From assembly GCA_035627595.1 (NCBI GenBank), contig DASPLK010000002.1, positions 160,481 through 224,480 of the forward strand: a DNA stretch of 64,000 nucleotides, given 5' to 3'. Made by a program: the position numbers and the translations under genes. How positions within the stretch are numbered: the stretch's first letter is position 1; each line of letters opens with the position of its first letter. The notes under the pieces were generated by a model. That model was given only the letters and a program-made list of their open reading frames with translations, made no database searches and was not told the origin of the DNA. Of this stretch, positions 27,358 to 36,260 are shown in pieces. The DNA comes from Minisyncoccota bacterium. GTDB lineage: Bacteria; Patescibacteriota; Minisyncoccia; Phycocordibacterales; Phycocordibacteraceae.

Positions 27358-28662
27358 CTACTGCGTGCGGATGCCGTACGTGGTTGAGTACGAACCGTCA
27401 TCCGTCCCTTCAGGGATACGCACTTCGACCCTGAGCTCGATCTGATGCCCTGCGGCACCTGCATCGAGATCACCAGTTATGTTTAGTTCTGGTGACATGT
27501 AGGTATCTGCAGTAGAGATCTCTACAGTTGCACCATCGTTATCTGCCTGAGCAGACGAGATGCGGATATTTCCGGCTGCTGCCATGGTACCCGCGCTTCC
27601 TGTCCAGTCAGAGAAGCGCATTGCTACGCTCGTCTCATCATCAGGAACGGTAATGTTGAAGACGTAGACCCATCCGTTTGCATAGGTGCCGTCTGCAGTA
27701 CCCGTTCCATCCTCTGTCTCAATGGACACGACCGCAAGATCGTCCGTACCTGTCTCACCCTCACAGGTCTCATTCCAGACAATGACATAGCTATCACTGT
27801 CCATGTCTGTAATTGATAGCGTTGTCGTAGCAGGCGTACCCGCAGCTGCTTCTGCCTCAGTTGCGCCTGTGGTGTAGCCTACAAGGGCATACTGCGTACC
27901 TTCGCTACAGGACGCACCGGTAACCTCGTCATCGAGAACCTCTTCGATCGTATAGTCGGCACCGTGTGCGAACGACACGGTCTGCGTCTCATAGTCGATC
28001 TCGCTTGTGGTGTCGAGCGTGAACTCTCCAGAGCCGCTGCCAACGCCTTCAGGATCGTCCCAGGTTGCGTTCATGGTGAATGCGGCGCTACCTGCTGATT
28101 CTGCAGTTGCCTGGCTTCCATCAAGATACTTCATGATGGTCACCTGCGCGTCAGTATCTACCGGAGGCGTACAATCCTCGAACCATACGATCACATGCTG
28201 ATCAGTGGTGAGGTCTGTGAACGACGGATCGTCTGAAGTCGGTGCTGCGGCGGCAGCTTCGGCCTCCGTTGCGCCCGTGCTGTAGCCTGCAAGTGCAAAC
28301 TCAGCACCCTCCTCCTCACAAGAGGCGCCTAGCGCTTCGCTCGAGAGGTCAGCTTCAAGTGCGTAGTCAGCTTCCGCAGAGAGCGCAACCGTCATGGTCT
28401 CATAGCCGTTTCCGCTATCAAGATTGAAGGAGCCGCTTCCCTCTCCCGTGCTTGTTGCGTTCCAGGTCGCGTTAATTGGGAACGCGAAGTCGTCCGCGGT
28501 CACGCTCGTCGCCTGCTCGCCATCTATGTACCCATAGATGTTTACGAATACATCGCCTTCTGCAGCCTGTGTAAGACGTGCGTCTAGCAGCCCGGTGCTT
28601 CCGAGAACGAGCGCAAGTGCTACAACAGCAGCTGCGCTGAATCTAATTGGTGTAATGCTCAT
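27358..28662 (-). CDS. Secreted acidic protein with two tandem beta-sandwich repeats
   Basis: Signal peptide; two ~128-aa repeats sharing Y.DG.QAT, NATW, GASC, GY.TGATEAEAAA, VIVW.E.C. Confidence 0.88.
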   Translation of the reverse strand: MSITPIRFSAAAVVALALVLGSTGLLDARLTQAAEGDVFVNIYGYIDGEQATSVTADDFAFPINATWNATSTGEGSGSFNLDSGNGYETMTVALSAEADYALEADLSSEALGASCEEEGAEFALAGYSTGATEAEAAAAAPTSDDPSFTDLTTDQHVIVWFEDCTPPVDTDAQVTIMKYLDGSQATAESAGSAAFTMNATWDDPEGVGSGSGEFTLDTTSEIDYETQTVSFAHGADYTIEEVLDDEVTGASCSEGTQYALVGYTTGATEAEAAAGTPATTTLSITDMDSDSYVIVWNETCEGETGTDDLAVVSIETEDGTGTADGTYANGWVYVFNITVPDDETSVAMRFSDWTGSAGTMAAAGNIRISSAQADNDGATVEISTADTYMSPELNITGDLDAGAAGHQIELRVEVRIPEGTDDGSYSTTYGIRTQ

Positions 28663-28913
28663 ACGTTATGGTACTCAAGTTGCTAAGTTGCCTGATAAAC
28701 GTGTCCAAAAGGACACCGGTCAAGCAAAGAACTGCGAAGAAGCCCTGTGCCCTCGCGCGCTTTGCTTTGTGAGTGTAGAGAATGCGATATGGATAACAGG
28801 TGAATATCGGACGAGTGATTGGGCCATATGTTGACTTCATGAGGTCTTCAGCTATTTCCCTCTACGCTACTTAGGTACCAGCGGTGCCTACACGATTGCT
28901 ATACTCCCTACAA

Positions 28914-30953
28914 ATGACGGCGCCGCCCCTTATAAAGAGCGTGACTCTCCGACACTGGGCCGCTGGTCTGGTGCTGATATCTGCGTACCTAGCGCTTTAT
29001 CAGCTCGCTGCGCTATATGCATATGCGCCAATCATTCTCTTTGTTGCGTCTGGAGTGTCGCTCGTTACGTTATTTTTTCTCGGAACAAGTGCTTGGTGGA
29101 TGGTTGCCATCGCAGCGTGTGTTGGAGGTCTGACAATCAAGCTCCCTGTGGAGCAGCTTATTGCCTGGGCGGCAGGTGATATTGCGGTTGCGGTTATGGG
29201 GGCGCACGCACTTACCGCACTCTCACTAGATCCAATATTTCGGAAGTTTAAAGACATGCTGTCACTCATAGTGGTGACCTTTGCTGTCGCTGCCGTATTG
29301 CCGACCGTACATTACATCGGCGTACAGTTCTCACCAGCCGTTCTCAGAGGTGTTTACCCTGGAGACGGTTTATGGAGCGCAACGTATGCCGCTGCTGTAT
29401 GTGCGCTTCTAATTACTGTCCCTTTCCTTTTGCGTTGGTTCTCCAAGCGGCGCTTCGGAAGGAGTCCTATGGAGATTCTCGAGCTGGCTGTCGTATTTGG
29501 CATTCTTGCCACCCTCGCGTACTTCATTTTCTATGTGGGAATAGGACGTGTCGGAGGCGTCTCACTTGTCTACTTCCTTCTCATTCCACTCTTCTGGATT
29601 GCGCTCAGGCTGCGCCCACGGTTTCTCACACTTGCTTTCGTTCTAATGGGTGGAATGGCAATACACAGCGCCCTAATTAATGGCGTAGACACAGAACGGC
29701 TTTTCTCCACCGAAGGCCTCCTTATCGTCCTCGCAGTCATCTTCTATATAGTCGCCTCGCTTGAGGAAGATCGTCGCCTCAATTCTAACCTCATGCGCCA
29801 TCAGCTCTCGACGCTAGAAAACGCAGTGGCGCGCGTCAGCTCAGAATCTAAAGCAAAAAATGACTTTATCGCCGTGCTTGCACATGAGCTCAGGAACCCG
29901 CTTGCTCCGGTAGTTAGTGGCATAGACCTATTAAAGCTAAAGGCAGAGCCTGACTCGGAGGACCTAGAGACGCTCACCATGATGGAGGATCGCATGCAGA
30001 TGGTTCGCAGGCTTTTGGATGACCTGCTTGATATATCGCGCATCAGCGAGAACAAGCTTCGCGTTGCGGAAGATCCGGTTGAGCTAGATGTTGTCGTGCG
30101 TCACGCAATACTCTCGACCGAGCACTATCGCAAAGAGCGTCACCAATCCTTTACGTACCGTCCGGCAGATGAGCCGTTGGTTGTGGCGGGAGACGCGACA
30201 CGGCTTGAACAGGTTGTGTCTAATCTACTGACGAATGCTTCAAAGTACACGGATCCAGGCGGCAGCATAACGCTTTTGCTCACCCGTACTGGCGAACATG
30301 CACGCATTCATGTCCGCGATAAGGGTATCGGTCTAGATCCGAGCCTACTTGAGGCCGTCTTCACGCCATTCCATCAGATTGACTCGGGCAAGCGCTCCAT
30401 AAAAGGGCTTGGAATCGGACTCGCGCTTGTCCGTAGCTTTGTTGAGATGCACGGCGGCACCGTAGAGGCGAGAAGCGAGGGAAAGGGTCAAGGAAGCGAG
30501 TTTGTCGTTACCCTCCCGCTCTTGGGGACCAGCCATGCACCCATAGAAGCTGCTGAGATACTGCCTAATCCTACGGATAGGCATAAGAGGCAACGGGTAC
30601 TTATCGTGGATGATAACGACACCGCAGCATCTGCTATAGGAAAGCTACTTGAGATACAGGGTCACAAGGTGCTATACGCGTATGACGGAGTTCAAGCGAT
30701 AGATACCGCGCGCGATAGAAAGCCAGACATAATCTTGCTTGACCTTGACCTACCTGATATGGACGGCTACGAGGTAGCCAAGCGCTTGAAGAAGCACAAA
30801 TATTCCGGGCGCATTATCGCGCTTACAGGTCTTACACCCACGAGCGCCCGAATGAAAGGCGTGCGCCTTGGGTTTGAGGAATATCTCGTTAAGCCCGTAG
30901 GAGTTGAGGAACTTAAACGAGCCCTTCATAAAGGGGTTGCCAAGCTCCCGTAA
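28914..30953 (+). CDS. Hybrid sensor histidine kinase (MASE1-like, HisKA, HATPase, REC)
   Basis: Many TM helices; AHELRNPLAP; NLLTNASKYT; GLGIGLALV; LLDLDLPDMDG. Confidence 0.95.
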   Translation: MTAPPLIKSVTLRHWAAGLVLISAYLALYQLAALYAYAPIILFVASGVSLVTLFFLGTSAWWMVAIAACVGGLTIKLPVEQLIAWAAGDIAVAVMGAHALTALSLDPIFRKFKDMLSLIVVTFAVAAVLPTVHYIGVQFSPAVLRGVYPGDGLWSATYAAAVCALLITVPFLLRWFSKRRFGRSPMEILELAVVFGILATLAYFIFYVGIGRVGGVSLVYFLLIPLFWIALRLRPRFLTLAFVLMGGMAIHSALINGVDTERLFSTEGLLIVLAVIFYIVASLEEDRRLNSNLMRHQLSTLENAVARVSSESKAKNDFIAVLAHELRNPLAPVVSGIDLLKLKAEPDSEDLETLTMMEDRMQMVRRLLDDLLDISRISENKLRVAEDPVELDVVVRHAILSTEHYRKERHQSFTYRPADEPLVVAGDATRLEQVVSNLLTNASKYTDPGGSITLLLTRTGEHARIHVRDKGIGLDPSLLEAVFTPFHQIDSGKRSIKGLGIGLALVRSFVEMHGGTVEARSEGKGQGSEFVVTLPLLGTSHAPIEAAEILPNPTDRHKRQRVLIVDDNDTAASAIGKLLEIQGHKVLYAYDGVQAIDTARDRKPDIILLDLDLPDMDGYEVAKRLKKHKYSGRIIALTGLTPTSARMKGVRLGFEEYLVKPVGVEELKRALHKGVAKLP

Positions 30954-30993
30954 GTTACGTACTCTTTCGGCAGGTTAGTAGAGGAGTACGACC

Positions 30994-31659
30994 ATGCGGT
31001 TTTCCGCACTTGAAGACATGGTCGCCTTCCTCGCAAACGAGGGGGTCGACGTCGAATTCGATAACGTTGAGAAATGGGGTAAGTCCCCCGCCCAGCTCTT
31101 TGACGAATACCGAAAGGGCGAAGTTAAGTTCATGCGACATCCTCAAAACCACGAGCTCGCGCTTGAGGCTACGAGGGTACGCATACTGATCCAGACGCCA
31201 ACCGAGGTGCTGTACGAGATCTATCGACTGTACCCGAGCGGCAAACATGTGGTTCAGTTCGACGTCTCCGTCGCTTGCACTACCGAACTTCTGTTGCGAC
31301 CTGGCTGGTCGCTCTCAGAAACGGCACGAGGTGACGAGAAGTTGAGCGATACCATCGCCCGTGCTTTTGAACAGGAGCTGGGCTTGTCCATGCTCCCCGG
31401 CAACCTGCCCAAGAGCCTGATACCAATCAACGACCGGTATGCGCGCGTCACCAATCGACTCCGCTATCACCAGGACTACCATGATGTTGGTCTATATCCG
31501 CAACAGGACCCGCCACGCAGGTCCACGGTGTATCCCTTGTGGAGCATTGTGCACTCGCACTGGTTTGAGTGGAACATACCTGCTCGCCTGGTAAAAGACC
31601 CTGTACTTGTGCGTAACGACGAGGACGTACTCATACATCGTGAGTGGCGCCCGCGGTAA
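30994..31659 (+). CDS. Orphan protein with degenerate NUDIX-like box
   Basis: GAGGAG SD; SETARGDEKLSDTIARAFEQELG; TTGCCA-17-TACTCT promoter; hairpin 31659-31686. Confidence 0.65.
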   Translation: MRFSALEDMVAFLANEGVDVEFDNVEKWGKSPAQLFDEYRKGEVKFMRHPQNHELALEATRVRILIQTPTEVLYEIYRLYPSGKHVVQFDVSVACTTELLLRPGWSLSETARGDEKLSDTIARAFEQELGLSMLPGNLPKSLIPINDRYARVTNRLRYHQDYHDVGLYPQQDPPRRSTVYPLWSIVHSHWFEWNIPARLVKDPVLVRNDEDVLIHREWRPR

Positions 31660-31764
31660 GCGGCGGATCCTAGCAGATCCGCCGCTCTCCCATTTCCATA
31701 CTTACAAACTCTTCTTCATCTTTTCTTTATGAATTTGTCTTATACTCAGCCATATAGCTAACCG

Positions 31765-32133
31765 ATGACGGATTCCTCCCACATTCTTGTTGTTGATGAT
31801 AACCAGGCCGCCGCAGATGCCCTTGTGCGCCTCATGAGGGCCCTTGGAAGCTCCGCTATCGCGGTGTACGGCCCTCACGAAGCGATTGAGCACGCGCGCA
31901 AAAGCGTCGTCCAACTCGCGTTTGTTGATATCGGCATGCCAGACATGGATGGTCATGCGCTTATACGCATACTGCGAAATGAGGGATTTGAGGGCCCAGC
32001 GTTCGCGCTTTCAGGCTATGGAGGAGAAGATGATCGCGAACGCGCTGCAGAAGCAGGGTTTACCGGGCATCTTACTAAACCAGCAAGCATGAAGGATATA
32101 AAAGAGGTACTTGATGAGTACGCGTTAGCGTAG
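31765..32133 (+). CDS. Single-domain response regulator
   Basis: ILVVDDN, FVDIGMPDMDG, ALSGY, HLTKP. Confidence 0.94.
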   Translation: MTDSSHILVVDDNQAAADALVRLMRALGSSAIAVYGPHEAIEHARKSVVQLAFVDIGMPDMDGHALIRILRNEGFEGPAFALSGYGGEDDRERAAEAGFTGHLTKPASMKDIKEVLDEYALA

Positions 32134-32203
32134 AGAGAATTGACAATATGAATATATTATTGTTCAGCTTGCTTCACGCAGAGTTCACGTCCATACTTCC
32201 TGC

Positions 32204-32782
32204 ATGAACACTGCATTCTCCCCTTCATCTATTACGGCTACCGCACAATCGCCCACACACTTTGATCCGATGCGTACAATTGAGTACTTTGGCGTCGTCA
32301 ATTACGGTACGAACGAACGAGTCATTGAAGAAATACGCGCCCTATACCAGGAGGATCCGGGAGCCGAGATCATACTTGCGGTTACGTCCGCAGGCGGGCC
32401 ATCAGGCACCGCCATGAGCTTTCATGACCACATGCGCTACGTGCTTAAGCCTAAGCTAGTTACTATCGGCTCAGGCGATGTCGATTCATCAGGCGTCATC
32501 ATTTTGCTCTCAGGCTCACGTAAGTACGTAACCAAGAACACGACGCTTCTACTTCATCTTGCCGGCCGCGTATTTGATGGAAACCAGCGATACACGGCAA
32601 AGGAAATAGATGCCATGCTCCGCGAGGATCGACTTAAGGATTTTCAGTACGCATCTATTGTCGCTGAATCATCAAATGGTCTGCTGACTACTGAAAAAGT
32701 TCTTGAACTCATGGAGCGAAACACGATACTTACTCCAGTCGATCTTATGGCATACGGCCTCGTTGACGCAGTATTGGAGTAA
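32204..32782 (+). CDS. ClpP-like protease, divergent
   Basis: VTSAGG, VDSSG (Ser), LLLH (His), AYGLVDAV. Confidence 0.85.
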   Translation: MNTAFSPSSITATAQSPTHFDPMRTIEYFGVVNYGTNERVIEEIRALYQEDPGAEIILAVTSAGGPSGTAMSFHDHMRYVLKPKLVTIGSGDVDSSGVIILLSGSRKYVTKNTTLLLHLAGRVFDGNQRYTAKEIDAMLREDRLKDFQYASIVAESSNGLLTTEKVLELMERNTILTPVDLMAYGLVDAVLE

Positions 32783-32872
32783 CGGCTGAGCTCCTTAACG
32801 GCTGCTTTACGCACTGCTCGGTATGGTGTGCGTGTCGATCGACACATTACACGCATAACTGACGAATAGCGT

Positions 32873-33055
32873 ATGGCAAATAACAACAGTGGCGGTCGCG
32901 GCTTTGCAAGCATGGATGAGGCAAAGCAGCGCGAGATCGCAAGCAAGGGTGGAAAGGCTGCCCACGAGAAGGGCACCGCCCACGAGTTTGACAGCAACTC
33001 GGCTCGTGAGGCAGGACGCAAGGGTGGTCAGGCCAGCCGTGGCGGCAATGGCTGA
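32873..33055 (+). CDS. KGG-repeat general stress protein
   Basis: RGFASMD..KQREIASKGGKAAH..GTAHEF....AREAGRKGG. Confidence 0.93.
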   Translation: MANNNSGGRGFASMDEAKQREIASKGGKAAHEKGTAHEFDSNSAREAGRKGGQASRGGNG

Positions 33056-33076
33056 TCAGTTGATTTCCAGTAATTA

Positions 33077-33108
33077 GCAAAACACCCCGCTCGCGCGGGG
33101 TGTTTTGC
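33077..33108. terminator. Bidirectional terminator
   Basis: 14-bp stem gcaaaacaccccgc/gcggggtgttttgc. Confidence 0.88.
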
Positions 33109-33109
33109 C

Positions 33110-33259
33110 TTACCGTGCACGCTTCCCTCCTGTCGCTTTATTAGATCGAGCAGCTTTGCCCTTGCCTGCGATGCGGCCGGCTTTACCAGATCGTTGCGCC
33201 TTAAGTCGCGCTTCCTTCTGCTCGGCGTCCATACCGCTCAGTTTGTTTCGTGTTGGCAT
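33110..33259 (-). CDS. Small basic Lys/Gly/Arg-rich protein (49 aa), not in ORF track
   Basis: MPTRNKLSGMDAEQKEARLKAQRSGKAGRIAGKGKAARSNKATGGKRAR; TACAGT 5 nt before ATG; stop abuts terminator. Confidence 0.7.
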   Translation of the reverse strand: MPTRNKLSGMDAEQKEARLKAQRSGKAGRIAGKGKAARSNKATGGKRAR

Positions 33260-33395
33260 GCCCTACTGTAACCTGCATCCGCGTGTATGAATGATGAATC
33301 ACAGGCGTCACGGAAGCATCATGGTCCATATTGCAATACTTGGTATATAGCTGAGTACCGCATTACACGACTAGAGCCAGTAGTGACATTTCCGC

Positions 33396-34484
33396 ATGCC
33401 GAACTTCATACACGGGTTAAAACTCAATGCCGGTTTCTTTAAAGATGTCGTAGGCCCATTGATGGCTAGACACTTTCCAGGGCTGCGTTATTCCGCAGGG
33501 CTCGTGGGTCACGGTTCAGATGTTCTAGGCTTTGATTCGCGCACCTCTGTAGACCACGACTGGGGGCCCCATCTCCACATCTTCCTATCAAGCGTCGACT
33601 TTGTTGGTACGCATACGCAGATAAACGAGATGCTGCAGCATCAGCTCCCTTACTCATATCGCGGCTATCCAACAAACTTTATAGAGGGAGATAGATATCG
33701 AAAGCATATACCGAAGCTCATCACGGAAGGGCCGGTGAACCATTTGTTCCGCTTTTGGACGCTTCCTTCATTCTTTGACCACTACCTCGGTTTTGATGTT
33801 CGTAGGAAGCCTTCGCTGAAAGATTGGCTTCTTTTCCCGCAGCAGGCACTTATCGAGGTGACTGCTGGCGAGCTGTATCACGACGACCTGGGCATACAGA
33901 AAGTACGGAACGAGTTTGCCTACTTCCCTGATGACATCTGGAAGTACCTCATGCGCGTGCAGTGGGGAAAGCTGGTTGATGAACTTCAAACGCAGGCTCG
34001 TACGGGAGAAGAGGATGATGCGCTAGGATCGCAAGTTGTAGCGGGACGCACGGTGCATAAGATCATGTTCCTATGCTTCCTTATGGAACGTCGCTATGCG
34101 CCGTATAGCAAGTGGTTCGGGTCTGCCTTCCGAGCGTGGCTTCCTTCTGGCGGGAAGCTCTACCCGCTTTTGCAGAAGGTGCTCAAGGAACAGGACTGGC
34201 AGCGTCGGCAAAAGCTCCTCATGCGCATCTATCAGATGGTGGGCAGGATGCATAACCAGCTTGGCATCACCCCACCACTATCAACCAAGCCTATGGACTT
34301 CTATGGTCGCGGGTACCCAGTTATCGACGCGTGGCAGTACGTTGAGGAGATTGAAAAGACAATTCGAAACCCGAAGTTACGAAAGATGAAATACCCCTTG
34401 GGAAGCGTCGATCAATTTATTGATCATGCGCGCACCAATCAACTCGAGTACTTCTACCTGGACCTGAAGGACGTAATTAAATAG
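33396..34484 (+). CDS. DUF4037-type protein with nucleotidyltransferase-like motif
   Basis: AGLVGHGSDVLGFD...S.DHDWGP, EVTAGELYHDDLG, YFPDDIW, YAPYSKW. Confidence 0.85.
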   Translation: MPNFIHGLKLNAGFFKDVVGPLMARHFPGLRYSAGLVGHGSDVLGFDSRTSVDHDWGPHLHIFLSSVDFVGTHTQINEMLQHQLPYSYRGYPTNFIEGDRYRKHIPKLITEGPVNHLFRFWTLPSFFDHYLGFDVRRKPSLKDWLLFPQQALIEVTAGELYHDDLGIQKVRNEFAYFPDDIWKYLMRVQWGKLVDELQTQARTGEEDDALGSQVVAGRTVHKIMFLCFLMERRYAPYSKWFGSAFRAWLPSGGKLYPLLQKVLKEQDWQRRQKLLMRIYQMVGRMHNQLGITPPLSTKPMDFYGRGYPVIDAWQYVEEIEKTIRNPKLRKMKYPLGSVDQFIDHARTNQLEYFYLDLKDVIK

Positions 34485-34486
34485 AT

Positions 34487-35785
34487 ATGTTCCGCCACGA
34501 CCTGCTGCATGAAATAAAGAAAGAGCGTCAACAGGTGAGCTTCGTATATCCGTACTACGGACGCCTTTCCATAGCTGAAATACCCCCTACGATTCAACAT
34601 CTATTTGGCATTGCTACCGAGCGTCCCGTACTGCCGTTTGCCGCTGACTGGAACCATGGGTATCAGAAGATACTTTTTCTGTTCGTGGACGGATTTGGCT
34701 ACCGACATTTTACAGACTATGGAGGCAGATTTTCTTTCTTTAAGCGCCTAGCTCGTGAGGGAACGGTTTACCCTCTTACGTCAGTGTTTCCGTCGACGAC
34801 ACCGGCGGCACTGACGGCACTTCACACAAGCCTAACGCCTCAGGAACATGGTCTTCCGGAGTGGACTGTGTATTTCGATGAGTTCGAGCGCATCATAGAG
34901 CCATTCCCGTTCAGACCCCACCTTTCCGATGGACGAGAGACGCTTATACGCGAGGGCGGAACTCCCGAAATGCTATTTGATGGTATCACGCAATACGAGC
35001 AACTTAAGAAGCACGGCGTTGCGTCATATGTTTATACGCCAGAAACGTACGCAGATAGCGCCTATAGCCGTGCAAGCCAGAAAGGATCGACGATCGTACC
35101 CTTTTCCGACGTCGCTGATCTGTTCACGAAGCTTGTAGATAACCTGACGCAGGTAAGCGGACCTGCATATTATTTCGTTCCCTGGTATGCCGTAGATCAG
35201 TCCGAGCACATATTCGGACCTCGGTCAGAAGAACATTTGGGCGCGCTTGCAGAACTGTCCGATAATCTTGAGCGCTTGCTGCTAGATAATCTCTCAGAGG
35301 AAGCTGTCAAGAACATACTATTTATGCTCTCCTCCGATCACGGTCAAACCACAGTGCATAACGAGGACATTATCTATTTGAACTCCTATATAGAATTGGA
35401 GGAGAGCTATCAATGGACAAAGGATTCTCGTTCCATTCTTCCCACCGGAGCACCGCACGATGTGTTTTTGCATATTTATAAGCCCAAGATCGCACATACA
35501 CTCAACTTTCTACGAACCATGCTCGAGGGGAAGGCTGAGGTGCTAACAACAGAGGAGGCGCTCTCACGGGGATTGTTCGGGTTTAATGAGCCGAGCGAGC
35601 GATTCAAACGGCGCATTGGAGACGTGCTCATACTCCCATATGAGGGGTACCACGTCTGGTACAAGCACATGCCCGGTCTTGAGTACGGAGGCAGGGGCAT
35701 ACACGGCGGCCTATCGCAGGAAGAGATGCTTGTGCCTCTTGCGATAGCACCGCTCTCTTCGCTTATACAAAGGTCTAAATCTTAG
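34487..35785 (+). CDS. Alkaline-phosphatase superfamily nucleotide pyrophosphatase/phosphodiesterase
   Basis: FVDGFG, SVFPSTT, DQSEH, SSDHG, HGGLSQEEMLVP. Confidence 0.9.
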   Translation: MFRHDLLHEIKKERQQVSFVYPYYGRLSIAEIPPTIQHLFGIATERPVLPFAADWNHGYQKILFLFVDGFGYRHFTDYGGRFSFFKRLAREGTVYPLTSVFPSTTPAALTALHTSLTPQEHGLPEWTVYFDEFERIIEPFPFRPHLSDGRETLIREGGTPEMLFDGITQYEQLKKHGVASYVYTPETYADSAYSRASQKGSTIVPFSDVADLFTKLVDNLTQVSGPAYYFVPWYAVDQSEHIFGPRSEEHLGALAELSDNLERLLLDNLSEEAVKNILFMLSSDHGQTTVHNEDIIYLNSYIELEESYQWTKDSRSILPTGAPHDVFLHIYKPKIAHTLNFLRTMLEGKAEVLTTEEALSRGLFGFNEPSERFKRRIGDVLILPYEGYHVWYKHMPGLEYGGRGIHGGLSQEEMLVPLAIAPLSSLIQRSKS

Positions 35786-36194
35786 AGAGACAGGAGTCGC
35801 ACTTACAGCGGCCTCCGGAAAGGTACTCATCAAAGTACTCTTTGCCGTAGTCGTAGGTTATCGCTTCACCTGCTTCGATCGGTCGTAAGGAAAAGATAAA
35901 AATGCGCCCTTTATGTATGATCGCCTCACTATTTGGATTGCAGGAGTGATTGATGTAACGAGCAGTGTTCTCGCGCATAGAGCCGTCAATTGTCTTGGTC
36001 CTTGATACGGTGAAAAGATAGCGGCTACGGCTATTCTCTTCCTCCTCCTTAGATATCGTTCGACCTACGTATTCGATAATGCAGGCATTCTCTGGAATAC
36101 TCTCGCCTGCGTACAGTCCGAGCCCCATGCCTTTGACGGCTCGACGGACAGAAAGCTTTAGTGGAAGTGGTGCGTAGGTGCGACGTGTACTCAT
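35775..36194 (-). CDS. SET-domain methyltransferase
   Basis: GLGLYA, IIEYVG, ARYINHSCNPN, AITYDYG, post-SET CKCDSC. Confidence 0.93.
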   Translation of the reverse strand: MSTRRTYAPLPLKLSVRRAVKGMGLGLYAGESIPENACIIEYVGRTISKEEEENSRSRYLFTVSRTKTIDGSMRENTARYINHSCNPNSEAIIHKGRIFIFSLRPIEAGEAITYDYGKEYFDEYLSGGRCKCDSCLSKI

Positions 36195-36260
36195 GACGAC
36201 CCATAGTACCGTACGAACCCAGGGTTTTGCTAGGAGCTAGCTCTATGGCAAGGTATAGGT

